64,000 bases of DNA from Nanobdellota archaeon (GTDB lineage Archaea; Nanobdellota; Nanobdellia; Pacearchaeales; GW2011-AR1), in assembly GCA_018815925.1 (NCBI GenBank), contig JAHIWS010000017.1, positions 15,285 to 79,284 of the forward strand, given 5' to 3'. The position numbers and the translations under genes are program-made. The notes under the pieces are model-generated. The model had not been told where the DNA came from and ran no database searches. It worked only from the letters and a program-made list of their open reading frames with translations. Positions 10,663-20,806 of the stretch are shown here, in pieces. Every line of letters begins with the position of its first letter. Positions within the stretch are counted from its first letter, which is position 1.

Positions 10663-10712
10663 ATATCTATTAAAAAAAGAGATTTTTTAAACTTTCGTGA
10701 TTTCTTTTAATA

Positions 10713-11519
10713 ATGAATAAAAAAAAAGAGTTTAACCAAATTTTAAAAAACATAAAAAACATAAAAATTCAAGGAGCAAAAAATATTGCCAAAGCCGCAT
10801 TAAAAGCTTATTTTCTTTTTCCAACAAAATCTTCAAAAAAGAAACTTCTTTATTTAAGACCAACAGAACCTATGCTGGAGCGTGTTTTAAATTTAGCAGA
10901 AAAAAATTCAAAAGAAAAAATATTAGAACATTTTAAAATATCTCAAAATAAAATTAATAACCTCGTATATAAATTAATTAAAAATAAAGATGTAGTTTTT
11001 ACCCACTGCCATTCTACAAATGTTGTTAATGCTTTGGTTTATACAAGAAAAAAAAGAAAAAAGTTTGAAGTTTACAATACAGAGACCCGTCCTTTGTTTC
11101 AAGGAAGAAAAACTGCTAAAGAACTTAAGAAAGAGGGAATCAAAGTTACAATGTTTGTTGATTCTGCTTTAGGAATAGCTCTTTCTAAGGAGCTAGGAAC
11201 AAAAAAAGTTTCTAAAGTTTTTTTAGGTGCAGATGCTCTGACAAAAAAAGGAATAATCAATAAAGTTGGAAGTGAAGTAATAGCAAAAATAGCTAAATCA
11301 GAAAAAATTCCTGTTTTTATTGTAGCTGATTCTTGGAAATTTTCAAGGAAATTTGTTCCTATTGAACAAAGAAAACTAAATGAAGTTTGGGATAAAGCTC
11401 CTAAAAACATTAAAATAAGAAATCCTGCTTTTGAATTTGTAGATAAAAAATATATAACAAAGATAATTACTGAACAAGGCGTACTCAGTTATGAAAAATT
11501 TTGGAGGAAAGTAAAATAA
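10713..11519 (+). CDS. eIF-2B alpha/beta/delta family protein (aIF-2B subunit or ribose-1,5-bisphosphate isomerase-like)
   Basis: GADALTKKGIINKVGSEVIAKIA matches the eIF-2B/MtnA/E2b2 family signature GADxxxxDGxxxNKxGT. Confidence 0.55.
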   Translation: MNKKKEFNQILKNIKNIKIQGAKNIAKAALKAYFLFPTKSSKKKLLYLRPTEPMLERVLNLAEKNSKEKILEHFKISQNKINNLVYKLIKNKDVVFTHCHSTNVVNALVYTRKKRKKFEVYNTETRPLFQGRKTAKELKKEGIKVTMFVDSALGIALSKELGTKKVSKVFLGADALTKKGIINKVGSEVIAKIAKSEKIPVFIVADSWKFSRKFVPIEQRKLNEVWDKAPKNIKIRNPAFEFVDKKYITKIITEQGVLSYEKFWRKVK

Positions 11520-11921
11520 TCACTTTTCTTTTTCTTGAACTTCTTTAAATGTTTTTATTAGTTCTTCATTAACTTTTTCCAAGTTTTTACTTAATTCTTT
11601 TTTAATTTCTTCTAGTTTTTCAATCTGAGTATCAATTAGTTCTTGAGTTTTTGGAATCGTTTTCTTAACAAATTTTCTTTCCCCAATATCTACTATAAGC
11701 TCTTCTGATAATAATTTTGTTTTTGCAAAAATTCCTTTTCCAATTGAAGTTAGAATTTCTTTATCTTTTGCTCCTTTAAGATCATTAAGACCTAAATTTA
11801 AAGAACTCATTTCAACAATTCCTTGTTCAACAGCCTGCAATTGTTGTTGTAACTGCTGTATTTGCTGTTCAAATATGCTTAGCTTATACATAATTTCTTG
11901 TTGATTTTGATCCATTTCCAT
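11520..11921 (-). CDS. pfdA: Prefoldin subunit alpha
   Basis: 133 aa with flanking coiled coils and central double beta-hairpin segment KEILTSIGKGIFAKTKL...IVDIGERKFVKKT. Confidence 0.6.
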   Translation of the reverse strand: MEMDQNQQEIMYKLSIFEQQIQQLQQQLQAVEQGIVEMSSLNLGLNDLKGAKDKEILTSIGKGIFAKTKLLSEELIVDIGERKFVKKTIPKTQELIDTQIEKLEEIKKELSKNLEKVNEELIKTFKEVQEKEK

Positions 11922-12177
11922 TATAAACTCAGAAAAAGTATGTTTTTAAGGGTTGTGATTAGAGCAAATAATTGTTTGGTTTTTTTGAAACTGATTTGGA
12001 AGGAATTGTTGAAATGTTTGTTCTGGAGGGATACAGGGTATAAACCATTAATTAATATTGATTTCTGAATTATTAAATCTTACTAAAAATCAGGTAATAA
12101 TTTATTTTTCAGTTTCCTTTTAGAACCTTTATAATATTTTTTAAAGGGTAGATTATTTAATCCAGAAATTTATTTTC

Positions 12178-12576
12178 CTAAACAACTTTTAAAACCTTTC
12201 TAAGAATCATACTAGATATAATTCCTGTTGCAATATACCACCATATCCAGCTAGAGAATACAGGTGAATAAATTCCTCTAATCCACCAGAATAATATAAT
12301 GAGTGGGAGAAAAGTATATAGCATTGGTTTAAATGAGTGTTTCATAAGCTCCATAGAACAATCCATCATTTGTTTTTGAACTTTAGTCATTTCACCTGGG
12401 TCATGTCTAGCATCTTTGAGTTTTATTTGACAAGCTTTTTGAATCTGCTTTAACTCTTTCATCCGGTTCTGATTTGTGAATTTTTTAGTTACAAGAGTCA
12501 TTACAAGTGTAATTAAAAAAGAAACAACAATCACACTTACTTTGGGGTTTGCGATGAGTATTTCTTCCATAGTCAT
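12178..12576 (-). CDS. DUF106 family membrane protein (archaeal YidC/Oxa1-like, short form)
   Basis: TM1, then charged coiled region, then two TMs; sits directly downstream of secY where archaea usually encode the DUF106/Mj0480-like insertase. Confidence 0.4.
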   Translation of the reverse strand: MTMEEILIANPKVSVIVVSFLITLVMTLVTKKFTNQNRMKELKQIQKACQIKLKDARHDPGEMTKVQKQMMDCSMELMKHSFKPMLYTFLPLIILFWWIRGIYSPVFSSWIWWYIATGIISSMILRKVLKVV

Positions 12577-12622
12577 TTTAAGCTCTTTTAATATTTATAT
12601 TTATGAAGAGGTGTTTTTAAAA

Positions 12623-14062
12623 CTAACCCCCTCCCATGAACTTTCTCATTGCAGGAGCCATGTCCATTTGATGTTGTTGTGCAATGTTTTGATAGAACTG
12701 AAACATAATCATTATTACTAGTAGCATAGCTGTTCCTGAAACTAGAGCTCCTAGTAAATTAGTAACTGAAGCCAGCAAACCAATAGCAAGACCACCCATG
12801 ACTGTTAAGGGCATTATATATCTGTCTAAAATACTCTCAAGGATTCTTTCATCTTGTCTAAAACCAGATACTTGTAATCCAGAAGAAGCTATTTTATGAG
12901 CTTGTGCTTTTGAATCCATTCCAGAAGTTTTAACCCAGAATATAGCAAAAATAGTTGAAAAAAACATAAAGAACAAGGTATGTGTTAAACCTTGAAGAAG
13001 ATATTTAGGAAGAAATCCTCCTTTAATAGTTAATTGAAGAAGATTATTTGAACCCATCCAAAATGATAATCCTGAAATAGCTTGCCCTTCTACAAAATGA
13101 CCTAAAAAACCAAAGTATGAAGCAAATTTAGCCATTCCTGTACAAATTCCTTCTTCAACACAAGGTGCAGCAGCATTCTCAATCATACCTCCAAAAAGTT
13201 GCACATTAGCCATTAGAGCAGCAGTTAAGATAACAGGAATAACAGAAGCATAGAAAAAAGATAATGGCCATTTAACCCCATATCCTCTAATCCTACCAAA
13301 AGATAAAGGTATTTCTACCTTTAATGATTGTGCCCATACAACCATTAGAAAGATGAGTATTGTAGCTAAAATTGCTGCTAAAGCTGATAAAAGTTCTGTG
13401 GGATATTTATTAATTACAGATTGTATTAAAACAAAAACCTTTCCAGAGCACGGAGTTCCTTTAAAATCAAGTAAACAATTTCTTCCTTGTTGGTTTATGA
13501 ATTGGAAAGCACTAGTTACTAATCTCCAGCTAACTCCAGCACCTATAAATAGACTTACTCCTGATCCAAAACCCCATTTTTGGCACACATCGTCCATATA
13601 AAAAATAGCTAGTCCTCCAAGTATTAATTGGAAAACAACTAATCCTGTAAATCCTGGAGCTGCTTGAAGACCTTGCATCAAAACATATATTAGTGCTTCA
13701 AAAATAATAAAAAAGAAAACCAAAATTTTTTGAATGCCTTGGAAAAATCTTTTACCTTCATCTGTTGTAGTATCAATATTAAGGATTCCTGATCCAGTAA
13801 GTAATTGTAAAATAATAGAGGCCATTACAATTGGACCAATTCCTAAAGAAATAATACTTCCAAAATCTGTTCCAAGAAGAATAGCAAGATATTCAAATCT
13901 TGAAAGAGCATTTTCTGAGAGTCCAAAAAGAGGAATATTAGCAAGGACAAAAAATGCCCCCAAAATAATTAGAGTCCATTTTAGCTTTGTATTAAAACCA
14001 ACTTTTTTTTCAGAAGGTTTTGTAACTTCTGGAATATATCCAAATAAATCTTTAAGAGCCAT
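12623..14062 (-). CDS. secY: Preprotein translocase subunit SecY
   Basis: 479 aa, 10-TM SecY architecture and conserved motifs; terminal gene of the r-protein cluster. Confidence 0.9.
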   Translation of the reverse strand: MALKDLFGYIPEVTKPSEKKVGFNTKLKWTLIILGAFFVLANIPLFGLSENALSRFEYLAILLGTDFGSIISLGIGPIVMASIILQLLTGSGILNIDTTTDEGKRFFQGIQKILVFFFIIFEALIYVLMQGLQAAPGFTGLVVFQLILGGLAIFYMDDVCQKWGFGSGVSLFIGAGVSWRLVTSAFQFINQQGRNCLLDFKGTPCSGKVFVLIQSVINKYPTELLSALAAILATILIFLMVVWAQSLKVEIPLSFGRIRGYGVKWPLSFFYASVIPVILTAALMANVQLFGGMIENAAAPCVEEGICTGMAKFASYFGFLGHFVEGQAISGLSFWMGSNNLLQLTIKGGFLPKYLLQGLTHTLFFMFFSTIFAIFWVKTSGMDSKAQAHKIASSGLQVSGFRQDERILESILDRYIMPLTVMGGLAIGLLASVTNLLGALVSGTAMLLVIMIMFQFYQNIAQQHQMDMAPAMRKFMGGG

Positions 14063-14690
14063 TTTTATTCTCTTTTTTTAAACTTAAGATAATTTCGCTA
14101 CCAGCTTTAGTTTGACTTTTAGGAAAACTATTTAGGGAGTGTGATTCACCTCCAGCTTTTTCTACTTTTTTTATTGTTGATTTAGGGGCTTGTTTTGCTT
14201 TTGTTTGGCCATGTTTGGACAAACAAATGAGAATGATTTCTCCACCTTTTGATTTCACTTTCTCTCTTGCAGATTTAGAGGAATCATTTGCTTTTATAAT
14301 TAACTTGTTTTTTACCTCTCCTGTTCCAAGAATTTTATAATCTTTTAAATTAATTTCCCATTTATCACCTATTTTTTTACCATATTTTTCTAAACTAAAT
14401 TCTATTTGTTGAAGATTTATTCTTTTTCTTTTATCTTTTTTTGTTCCTTTACTTGTAATTCCTTGTTTTCCAAAATATTTGTGTCCATAAAGTTTTGTCA
14501 CAAGTGTTTTTTTCTGATCTGCTCTTTTTCCACTACCAGACATTCCTTTTCCTCCCTTATGTCCTGATTTTTTGTGTTTTTTTCTAGCTCCCCATCCATG
14601 ACTCCCCCTATTTCTACCATGCATTCTTGATGATTTTGTACGTTTTGTTAGTTTCATTTTAATTGTATTTTTAACCTTATAATATTCCAC
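14052..14690 (-). CDS. rpl15: 50S ribosomal protein L15 (uL15) with C-terminal extension
   Basis: N-terminus RTKSSRMHGRNRGSHGWGARKKHKKSGHKGGKG is a classic uL15 signature; about 60 extra C-terminal residues. Confidence 0.85.
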   Translation of the reverse strand: MEYYKVKNTIKMKLTKRTKSSRMHGRNRGSHGWGARKKHKKSGHKGGKGMSGSGKRADQKKTLVTKLYGHKYFGKQGITSKGTKKDKRKRINLQQIEFSLEKYGKKIGDKWEINLKDYKILGTGEVKNKLIIKANDSSKSAREKVKSKGGEIILICLSKHGQTKAKQAPKSTIKKVEKAGGESHSLNSFPKSQTKAGSEIILSLKKENKNGS

Positions 14691-14916
14691 CTTCTTTTAA
14701 TTTTTCTGAATAACTATTAAAATTGGGATTATCAGTTTCGATAATCTCTTCACTTAATGGTTTTAATTTTTCACCATCAATTATATATTTTGCTTTTATT
14801 ATTACCCCATTATATCCATCATAATACATAGTATCAAGAGAAACATCTGTTTTTCTAATAATTAATTCATCCCAACCTTTTTTGACTAAAATATTTTTTA
14901 GGTTTTTTGTTTCCAT
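14677..14916 (-). CDS. Hypothetical small protein inserted between L30 and L15
   Basis: 79-aa ORF precisely filling the L30-L15 gap with 1-nt/14-nt overlaps; no recognisable family. Confidence 0.35.
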   Translation of the reverse strand: METKNLKNILVKKGWDELIIRKTDVSLDTMYYDGYNGVIIKAKYIIDGEKLKPLSEEIIETDNPNFNSYSEKLKEGGIL

Positions 14917-15263
14917 TATAGCATCCTCTCTACTAATTTATTAATTTCTTTTCCATTATTTCCTAAAACACCTTTTCCAACTCCAAAATGTTTTTTACTC
15001 TCAATTCCTCCTCGGGGAGGATGCAATCTAAAGAAATTTTTTATTTTTGTTTTTCTTTTTTCTACAAGTCTTTTATAGACTTCTTCACTGATTTCTCCGA
15101 ATGCAACAAAATCTCTAACTTTATTTATCATTCCAAGTTGAATCTTTGTTGGTTTATCAATAACAATACAGGAATATTTTTTCCTAAGCCTAAGTCTATA
15201 TAGGGTTTCAATTATTTCTTTTTTTAATCCTACCTGCCCTTTTATTCTTATTATTAATTTCAT
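14916..15263 (-). CDS. rpl30: 50S ribosomal protein L30 (uL30)
   Basis: KLIIRIKGQVGLKKEIIETLYRLRLRKK matches uL30; start moved to the internal Met (MKLII) so that it no longer overlaps S5. Confidence 0.8.
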   Translation of the reverse strand: MKLIIRIKGQVGLKKEIIETLYRLRLRKKYSCIVIDKPTKIQLGMINKVRDFVAFGEISEEVYKRLVEKRKTKIKNFFRLHPPRGGIESKKHFGVGKGVLGNNGKEINKLVERML

Positions 15264-15271
15264 TTTATTTC

Positions 15272-16105
15272 CTATAAATTTGTTTTTTTTAAAGCACCTA
15301 TACATGCTTTAACAAGGTTAAAAGTTGTTCTTTTTCTACCAGATGTTCTACTGTAAATATCTTTTATTCCTGCTAATTTTAATATTTTTTTTAATTCACT
15401 TCCAACAACAAGACCTGTTCCTTGCGCCGCAGGAATAAGAGTTATTCTTACACTTCCTGTTTTTCCAGTTACTTTAAAAGGAATTGTGTGATTTTCTGAA
15501 CAATCACAATCAAATCCTGCACAGCTTCTTTTTATTTTCATAATATTTAGTTTAGCTTTTCTTATTGCTTTATCTCTAGCAGGAAGGGTTTCTTTAGATT
15601 TTCCTGTTCCAATTCCAATATGTCCTTTTCCATCCCCAATAACAGCAAGAGTTGAAAAGGTAGGAATATTTCCTTCTTTTCGTTTTTTTTGTGTTTGACG
15701 CCAAGCCCTTCTTTTTCCACCTCCAAATTTTCCTTTTGATTGACCTATAGAAATTAAATCTGATTCTACATTTAATAATGAATCTACAATTTCTGGTTCA
15801 AGAATTTTTCTTTTTTTGTCTAAAATTTCATCTATTTTTTTTATTTTTCCATCTTTTACTTCTTGCCCAAGTTTAGTTTTTGGATCCCAGGCAGCTAAAG
15901 CTTCTTTTTCTTCATCTTCTCTTGATTTTCTTCTCATATCTTTTCTAGATTCAACTTTTTTTGGTTTTTCTTTAGTTTCTGAATCTTGTTCAGAAATTCT
16001 TTCATTAGACTGCTTTGCCTTTTCTCCTATTTTTTCCATAGTTCTTGGGATTTCTTTATCTTCAATTTTTTCTCCAACGCCTTGATTTTTGATTTCTTTA
16101 GTCAT
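15272..16105 (-). CDS. rps5: 30S ribosomal protein S5 (uS5) with K/E-rich N-terminal extension
   Basis: GKRRAWRQTQ...VIGDGKGHIGIGTGKSKE...AIRKAK uS5 core; about 90-aa charged N-terminal extension. Confidence 0.85.
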   Translation of the reverse strand: MTKEIKNQGVGEKIEDKEIPRTMEKIGEKAKQSNERISEQDSETKEKPKKVESRKDMRRKSREDEEKEALAAWDPKTKLGQEVKDGKIKKIDEILDKKRKILEPEIVDSLLNVESDLISIGQSKGKFGGGKRRAWRQTQKKRKEGNIPTFSTLAVIGDGKGHIGIGTGKSKETLPARDKAIRKAKLNIMKIKRSCAGFDCDCSENHTIPFKVTGKTGSVRITLIPAAQGTGLVVGSELKKILKLAGIKDIYSRTSGRKRTTFNLVKACIGALKKTNL

Positions 16106-16584
16106 TTTTCTATTTTAGATTTAATTTCTTCAAAGGGAATTTTATTTTTTAGGTTAGAACCTTTTATGATATCTTCACTTGGGAAAACTTTTTCCTTGGT
16201 TTTTATTTTAACTCCAGCATCAACCAAACCTTTCAAAAAAGCATAGATTTTTGTTTTATGCAAATTTCTTATCATCCCAAAATCAATAATAGGGGTTTCT
16301 TTTTTGGTTTTTATTTCCTCTCCAATTAAAAAACCTGTAAAATATGCAGCAGGAATTGATTTTAGACTCCCAATAAACTCTTTTGGCCAACCATATTTAA
16401 TAAGATCTTTTGAGTTAACTCCTATTTCAACTTTGTCTTGTGCCTCTTTACTTAAAATGTATTGTGCAATAAGATATTTATTTGTTTTTCTAAAGACAAT
16501 CCTCGGAGACATGCTTTTAAGTAATTTTATTCTTTTTGAATAATTTGTTTTACTTTCTTTTCTTCTACGTTTTTGTGTTTTCAT
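16102..16584 (-). CDS. rpl18: 50S ribosomal protein L18 (uL18)
   Basis: KRRRKESKTNYSKRIKLLKSMSPRIVFRKTNKYLIAQ matches uL18. Confidence 0.85.
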   Translation of the reverse strand: MKTQKRRRKESKTNYSKRIKLLKSMSPRIVFRKTNKYLIAQYILSKEAQDKVEIGVNSKDLIKYGWPKEFIGSLKSIPAAYFTGFLIGEEIKTKKETPIIDFGMIRNLHKTKIYAFLKGLVDAGVKIKTKEKVFPSEDIIKGSNLKNKIPFEEIKSKIEK

Positions 16585-16988
16585 TTTTTACTTCCCCCTA
16601 ATTGTTCTTTTAAATGTGTTTTACTTCTGTATATTTTGTTTCTTATTTTTTTCCTAATTTCAGAAACTTCTTCTTTACTGACTTTTCCTTGTTCTTTTAG
16701 TTCAGAAATGTATTTTCTTAATTTTCTAGTTAAAGTAACATATTTTGATTTTCTTTTTTTCACCTTTTTTCTTATATTTCCTTTACTTCTTTTTGATTTT
16801 CTTTTTTTCACCTTTTTTCTTCCTTTAACTTCTTTTATAATTATTGCTCCATCTTTTTTTAAGTCTTTAATGTCTTGTTTTGTTATAGCTTCTTTTATTT
16901 CTTCTAATCTTTCTTTTAGAAAAACAATTCTTTTTTTTCCAACTTTTAAAGTTCTTGCAGATAATAATTTCTTTTTTTTCAAGTTCAT
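16581..16988 (-). CDS. rpl19e: 50S ribosomal protein L19e
   Basis: MNLKKKKLLSARTLKVGKKRIVF...EAITKQDIKDLKKDGAI matches eL19. Confidence 0.85.
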   Translation of the reverse strand: MNLKKKKLLSARTLKVGKKRIVFLKERLEEIKEAITKQDIKDLKKDGAIIIKEVKGRKKVKKRKSKRSKGNIRKKVKKRKSKYVTLTRKLRKYISELKEQGKVSKEEVSEIRKKIRNKIYRSKTHLKEQLGGSKK

Positions 16989-17503
16989 TTTTTAGTTTCC
17001 TTAGTGCCTGAAGTATTTTTGTCTTTAAGTGCTAGATTTGAGTTTGCCTCAGAGTTTTGTTTTTCTCCTTGCGGTTTTACAGCTATTTTTTCAGGAATTT
17101 TTTTTAAAGGTTCATTTTTCTTTTCTTTTTTCTTACTTTCTTTCTTTTCTATTTCTTTTAAAAATTTATTGATATTTACATTCCTAAACTGAATTTTTCT
17201 CTCTCTAGCTTTTTTTATTATTTCTATTTTCTTTTTTTTCCCGATATTACCCAAAATTAATTTTTCTTTTCCTATTTTTTCTAAATCTTTTAAATTTTGA
17301 ATTATTTTTGTTTTATTTTTTTTTGGTTTTTTATATCCAATACTAACTGTTTTTGGATATCCTTTTCTTTTTTCTCTCATTTTATTATCTCTTCCAGTAG
17401 GTCTCCTCCAAACTTGTTTTTTCTTTCTCCTTTTTCCAAGTTTTGAGTATCTATTTGATATTCGTCTGATAAAATTTTTTGTCATTTTAAATTTCCTTCC
17501 CAC
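16985..17503 (-). CDS. rpl32e: 50S ribosomal protein L32e with K-rich C-terminal extension
   Basis: KKKQVWRRPTGRDNKMREKRKGYPKTVSIGY matches eL32. Confidence 0.85.
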   Translation of the reverse strand: MGRKFKMTKNFIRRISNRYSKLGKRRKKKQVWRRPTGRDNKMREKRKGYPKTVSIGYKKPKKNKTKIIQNLKDLEKIGKEKLILGNIGKKKKIEIIKKARERKIQFRNVNINKFLKEIEKKESKKKEKKNEPLKKIPEKIAVKPQGEKQNSEANSNLALKDKNTSGTKETKK

Positions 17504-18029
17504 CTTTATTTGTTATGTATATTCCATCTTGAAATACTCTCTTGTCTCTTCCTCTTATTTTTGTGGCTGTTTCAAAGTTTGCTGCAGCCTGTCCACCCAA
17601 TTCTTTATTAGGTGAGATTATTGTTATTATTTCTTTATCTATTTTGACTTCAACTCCTTCAGGAATTTTAAATTTTCTTGGTATTTTTTCCCCTAGAAAA
17701 TTTTTTAGAATAACTTCATTACCTTTTAATTCAACATTCATCGGGAAATGACTGAAACATACCTTTAATTTATATTCAAATTTTTCTTGTACACCATGAA
17801 TCATATTTTTAATGTGTGCAGCTATTGTGTTTATTTTTTTCTTTTCGTGCTTGGTTGTTTTTTTATGCCCTACAAGTATTTTATTTTCTTGTTTTTTGAA
17901 TTCTAAATTTGCCATTTCAAATTCTCTTTTATTTTCCCCTTCAGGACCCTTTACGATTAGTGTTGAATCTTCTAAATTAGCTTCCACTCCTTCTGGGATT
18001 TCAATTTCTTGATAAAATTTTTTTTTCAT
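17487..18029 (-). CDS. rpl6: 50S ribosomal protein L6 (uL6)
   Basis: EIEIPEGVEANLEDSTLIVKGPEGE two-domain uL6 pattern. Confidence 0.85.
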   Translation of the reverse strand: MKKKFYQEIEIPEGVEANLEDSTLIVKGPEGENKREFEMANLEFKKQENKILVGHKKTTKHEKKKINTIAAHIKNMIHGVQEKFEYKLKVCFSHFPMNVELKGNEVILKNFLGEKIPRKFKIPEGVEVKIDKEIITIISPNKELGGQAAANFETATKIRGRDKRVFQDGIYITNKGGKEI

Positions 18030-18030
18030 T

Positions 18031-18411
18031 TTAATAAAAATATGCTATTAAGCATCCTCCTATGTTTTCTTCTTGTGCTTCTTCATGAGTAACAAGGCCT
18101 TTATTAGTAGAGATAATTAATGTTCCAATTTGTCTAGAGGGAAGATACCTTCTTCTATATTTTTCAATTTGAGTTTTTTTAACAGTAAACCTTGGTTTTA
18201 TGGCTTTACATTCATGCAAATCACCTATTGTTATTTGCAATGATTTATTTTTGCTATTAATTTTATATTTTTTTATGATATTTTTTTGTTTCATAATTTT
18301 TAGAATTTCGATTAATACATTTGAGATTATTTTTATCTCTATTGTTTCTTTTCCAGCTTTTTTTGCGTTTTTTATATTGTTTAGTGCATCGGCAACTATA
18401 TCTTGTGACAT
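18031..18411 (-). CDS. rps8: 30S ribosomal protein S8 (uS8)
   Basis: MSQDIVADALNNIKNAKKAGK uS8 N-terminus; conserved operon position. Confidence 0.85.
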   Translation of the reverse strand: MSQDIVADALNNIKNAKKAGKETIEIKIISNVLIEILKIMKQKNIIKKYKINSKNKSLQITIGDLHECKAIKPRFTVKKTQIEKYRRRYLPSRQIGTLIISTNKGLVTHEEAQEENIGGCLIAYFY

Positions 18412-18419
18412 TTTTTCTC

Positions 18420-18650
18420 CTATGAATATTTGTTAAAACCTATCTCTGTAGCTATCTCTCTAAAACATTGACGGCATAAATTTAATCCATGTGTTTTTAT
18501 ATGTGATCCAAATCTCCCACATTTTTCACATTTTCTTACAGCTATTCCAATTTTTCTTTGTTTTGGTTTGTTGTGTTTTAAGAATCTTGCAAGTATTTGG
18601 GGTTTATTTCTTAGTTGTACTAGTATTTTATTCCAATCACTTGCAGTCAT
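18420..18650 (-). CDS. rps14: 30S ribosomal protein S14 type Z (uS14, zinc-binding)
   Basis: CEKCGRFGSHIKTHGLNLCRQCFRE zinc-ribbon uS14 signature; true start may lie downstream. Confidence 0.8.
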   Translation of the reverse strand: MTASDWNKILVQLRNKPQILARFLKHNKPKQRKIGIAVRKCEKCGRFGSHIKTHGLNLCRQCFREIATEIGFNKYS

Positions 18651-18714
18651 TTGATAAATTCTCCATATTTTTTATTTAATGGATGAGCTAAAAATTTTAT
18701 ATTTGTATTCATTT

Positions 18715-19224
18715 TTAATTAAACTCCACTTGAAAGTTATCTTCCATAAATTTAATTATTTCTTCTTTACTTATTGTTTGTCTCTTAGGTATTTTTCCCC
18801 TTTTTATTTTCCTTAATTTAATTCTTCTTCCAGATCTTTTAAAAACTATAGTAACATCAAAACCTATAATTCCTATTTCTCTTTGGTATTCTACTCCTGG
18901 AATTTCGATATATTCTTTAATTCCAAATGAAAAATTGTTTTCACTTATTTGTTTTTTATTAAGGGAATTTTCTCGTGCAATTAATAATCTCTTTAAAAGT
19001 TCTTCATATTTTCTCCTAATTGTAACTACTGCTCCAACCTCTAATTTTGGCCTCACTCCTAAAGAAGGGATTCTTTTTTTTGATTTCATTTTTGCAGGTT
19101 TTCTATTTGTGATTATTTTAAGAAGTTTAAATCCTTTTTCAAGTTCTTCTCCAATTCCCCCAACACTTAGTATAACTTTTTCTATCTTTACTTTCTGCAT
19201 GATGTTTTTCTTTTTATTTTCCAT
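18715..19224 (-). CDS. rpl5: 50S ribosomal protein L5 (uL5)
   Basis: KVKIEKVILSVGGIGEE...KIITNRKPAK uL5 pattern. Confidence 0.85.
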   Translation of the reverse strand: MENKKKNIMQKVKIEKVILSVGGIGEELEKGFKLLKIITNRKPAKMKSKKRIPSLGVRPKLEVGAVVTIRRKYEELLKRLLIARENSLNKKQISENNFSFGIKEYIEIPGVEYQREIGIIGFDVTIVFKRSGRRIKLRKIKRGKIPKRQTISKEEIIKFMEDNFQVEFN

Positions 19225-19225
19225 T

Positions 19226-19897
19226 TTATTCTAAAACCATTAATTGTTTAATTAAAACATTAATTTTTTTATTCTTTAATTCCAGCTCTGCTATTTTTGT
19301 CTCTTTGTTTATTTTTTTTATAACTCCATATTCTCCAGCGTGTTTCCCAGCAAAAATAATAGCCTTTGATTTTTCTTTTAAGGGTAAACATTTTTCTATT
19401 TTTGATTTTTCTTTAAAATTAATTAAAACAGAATCATTAACGTCGCATTTATTTGGGTAGATAAAATTTTTTCCATCGCTTAAATTCAATTGAATCTTTT
19501 TTCCTTTTAATATTTTTTTATTGATAATTTTTGATGTTTTTGAGTTGGCCTCGGATTCTTTTATTTCTAGGAGATTAAATTTTCCTTTTTCAGATAATCC
19601 AAGACGGTAATATTTTTTTAAAATATTTTTTTCATCTTTTGGAGGAAGAATTGTTATAGTATCAAATAATAGTGCAGAATTTTTTTCATCTCTAATTTTT
19701 TTATTATTCAATAAAACCTGTTTTAAATGTATTGCTTTTTTTACTTCTTTTCTATTTTGAGCTAGTTTTAAAATATCTCTTAAAATAACAAGGATAGGCA
19801 TTCCTCCTTGAATATTAAAATTTGGTCTAACTATATACCTATTTTCTTTTCTTTTTATTGGCCAACTCTTTGGAATTATTTGTCTTTTTAAATGCAT
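19226..19897 (-). CDS. rps4e: 30S ribosomal protein S4e
   Basis: MHLKRQIIPKSWPIKRKENRYIVRP eS4 N-terminus. Confidence 0.85.
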   Translation of the reverse strand: MHLKRQIIPKSWPIKRKENRYIVRPNFNIQGGMPILVILRDILKLAQNRKEVKKAIHLKQVLLNNKKIRDEKNSALLFDTITILPPKDEKNILKKYYRLGLSEKGKFNLLEIKESEANSKTSKIINKKILKGKKIQLNLSDGKNFIYPNKCDVNDSVLINFKEKSKIEKCLPLKEKSKAIIFAGKHAGEYGVIKKINKETKIAELELKNKKINVLIKQLMVLE

Positions 19898-19898
19898 T

Positions 19899-20360
19899 TT
19901 ATTTTTTCTCCTCTGCTACTTCTTTAGATTTTTCTGGTTTTTGTTTAGTTTCTTTGGCTTTTTCTTTTTTCTTATCTTCTTTTTTAATTCCTATTTTTTT
20001 TGCTCTTTTTTTATCTTCTAGGTTTAATTCAAAAATTTGTAAATTTGAAGGACGAAGTTTAACATTTACTTTTGAACCATCTTGTTTTTTTATTTGAATA
20101 CCTTCTACAACCACACTTATTTTTTTTAGTTTAACTTCACTAACTTTTCCTCTTTTTGTTTTAAATTTACCTCTCATTACTTTTACACTATCTCCTTTTA
20201 TCACAGGGATGTTTCTTTTACCTGTCTTTTTTCTTAATTCTCTTGAAAGATTAACACTCAAAAATTTCTTTCTAAGATGTAGGGGGGCATTTGCTAAATA
20301 TTTTCTTTGCTTCCTTGGTTGTTTACTTGCCTTCCACTTTGTTGAAAATTCTTTTTTCAT
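19899..20360 (-). CDS. rpl24: 50S ribosomal protein L24 (uL24) with K/E-rich C-terminal tail
   Basis: [20 protein letters not shown]...[17 protein letters not shown] motif. Confidence 0.85.
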   Translation of the reverse strand: MKKEFSTKWKASKQPRKQRKYLANAPLHLRKKFLSVNLSRELRKKTGKRNIPVIKGDSVKVMRGKFKTKRGKVSEVKLKKISVVVEGIQIKKQDGSKVNVKLRPSNLQIFELNLEDKKRAKKIGIKKEDKKKEKAKETKQKPEKSKEVAEEKK

Positions 20361-20404
20361 TTTATTTTTTATTCTGGTTTGGGAACTTTTTTAAAAGGTT
20401 CATT

Positions 20405-20806
20405 TTAATATACCATAGAAGCGATTTTAGCAACTTGTGGCCATCGCTCTAAAACCTCCCTTGCAATTGGTCCTTTAATTTGGGTTCCTTTTGGGTTTCC
20501 TTTATCATCTTTTAATATTGCCACAGCATTGTCTTCAAAAGCTATTCTTTCTCCATTTAATCTTCTGTAAGGTTTTTTTTGTCTTATCACAACAGCATCA
20601 AAAACCTTACCTTTCATATCCGGAATTCCTTTTTTAACACTGATTTTTACCCAATCTGCCATTTTTGCTGCGACTTGTTTTCCTTTTTTAGCTTTGCTTT
20701 TTTTCACGGAGACTATTTTTACCATTTTTGCCCCACTATTATCTGCTGAAATCATCCATGATCCTATATTCAATCCTTCTGTTGCTCTAGCTGATATTGC
20801 TTTCAT
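20405..20806 (-). CDS. rpl14: 50S ribosomal protein L14 (uL14)
   Basis: MKAISARATEGLNIGSWMISADNSGAK uL14 signature. Confidence 0.88.
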   Translation of the reverse strand: MKAISARATEGLNIGSWMISADNSGAKMVKIVSVKKSKAKKGKQVAAKMADWVKISVKKGIPDMKGKVFDAVVIRQKKPYRRLNGERIAFEDNAVAILKDDKGNPKGTQIKGPIAREVLERWPQVAKIASMVY

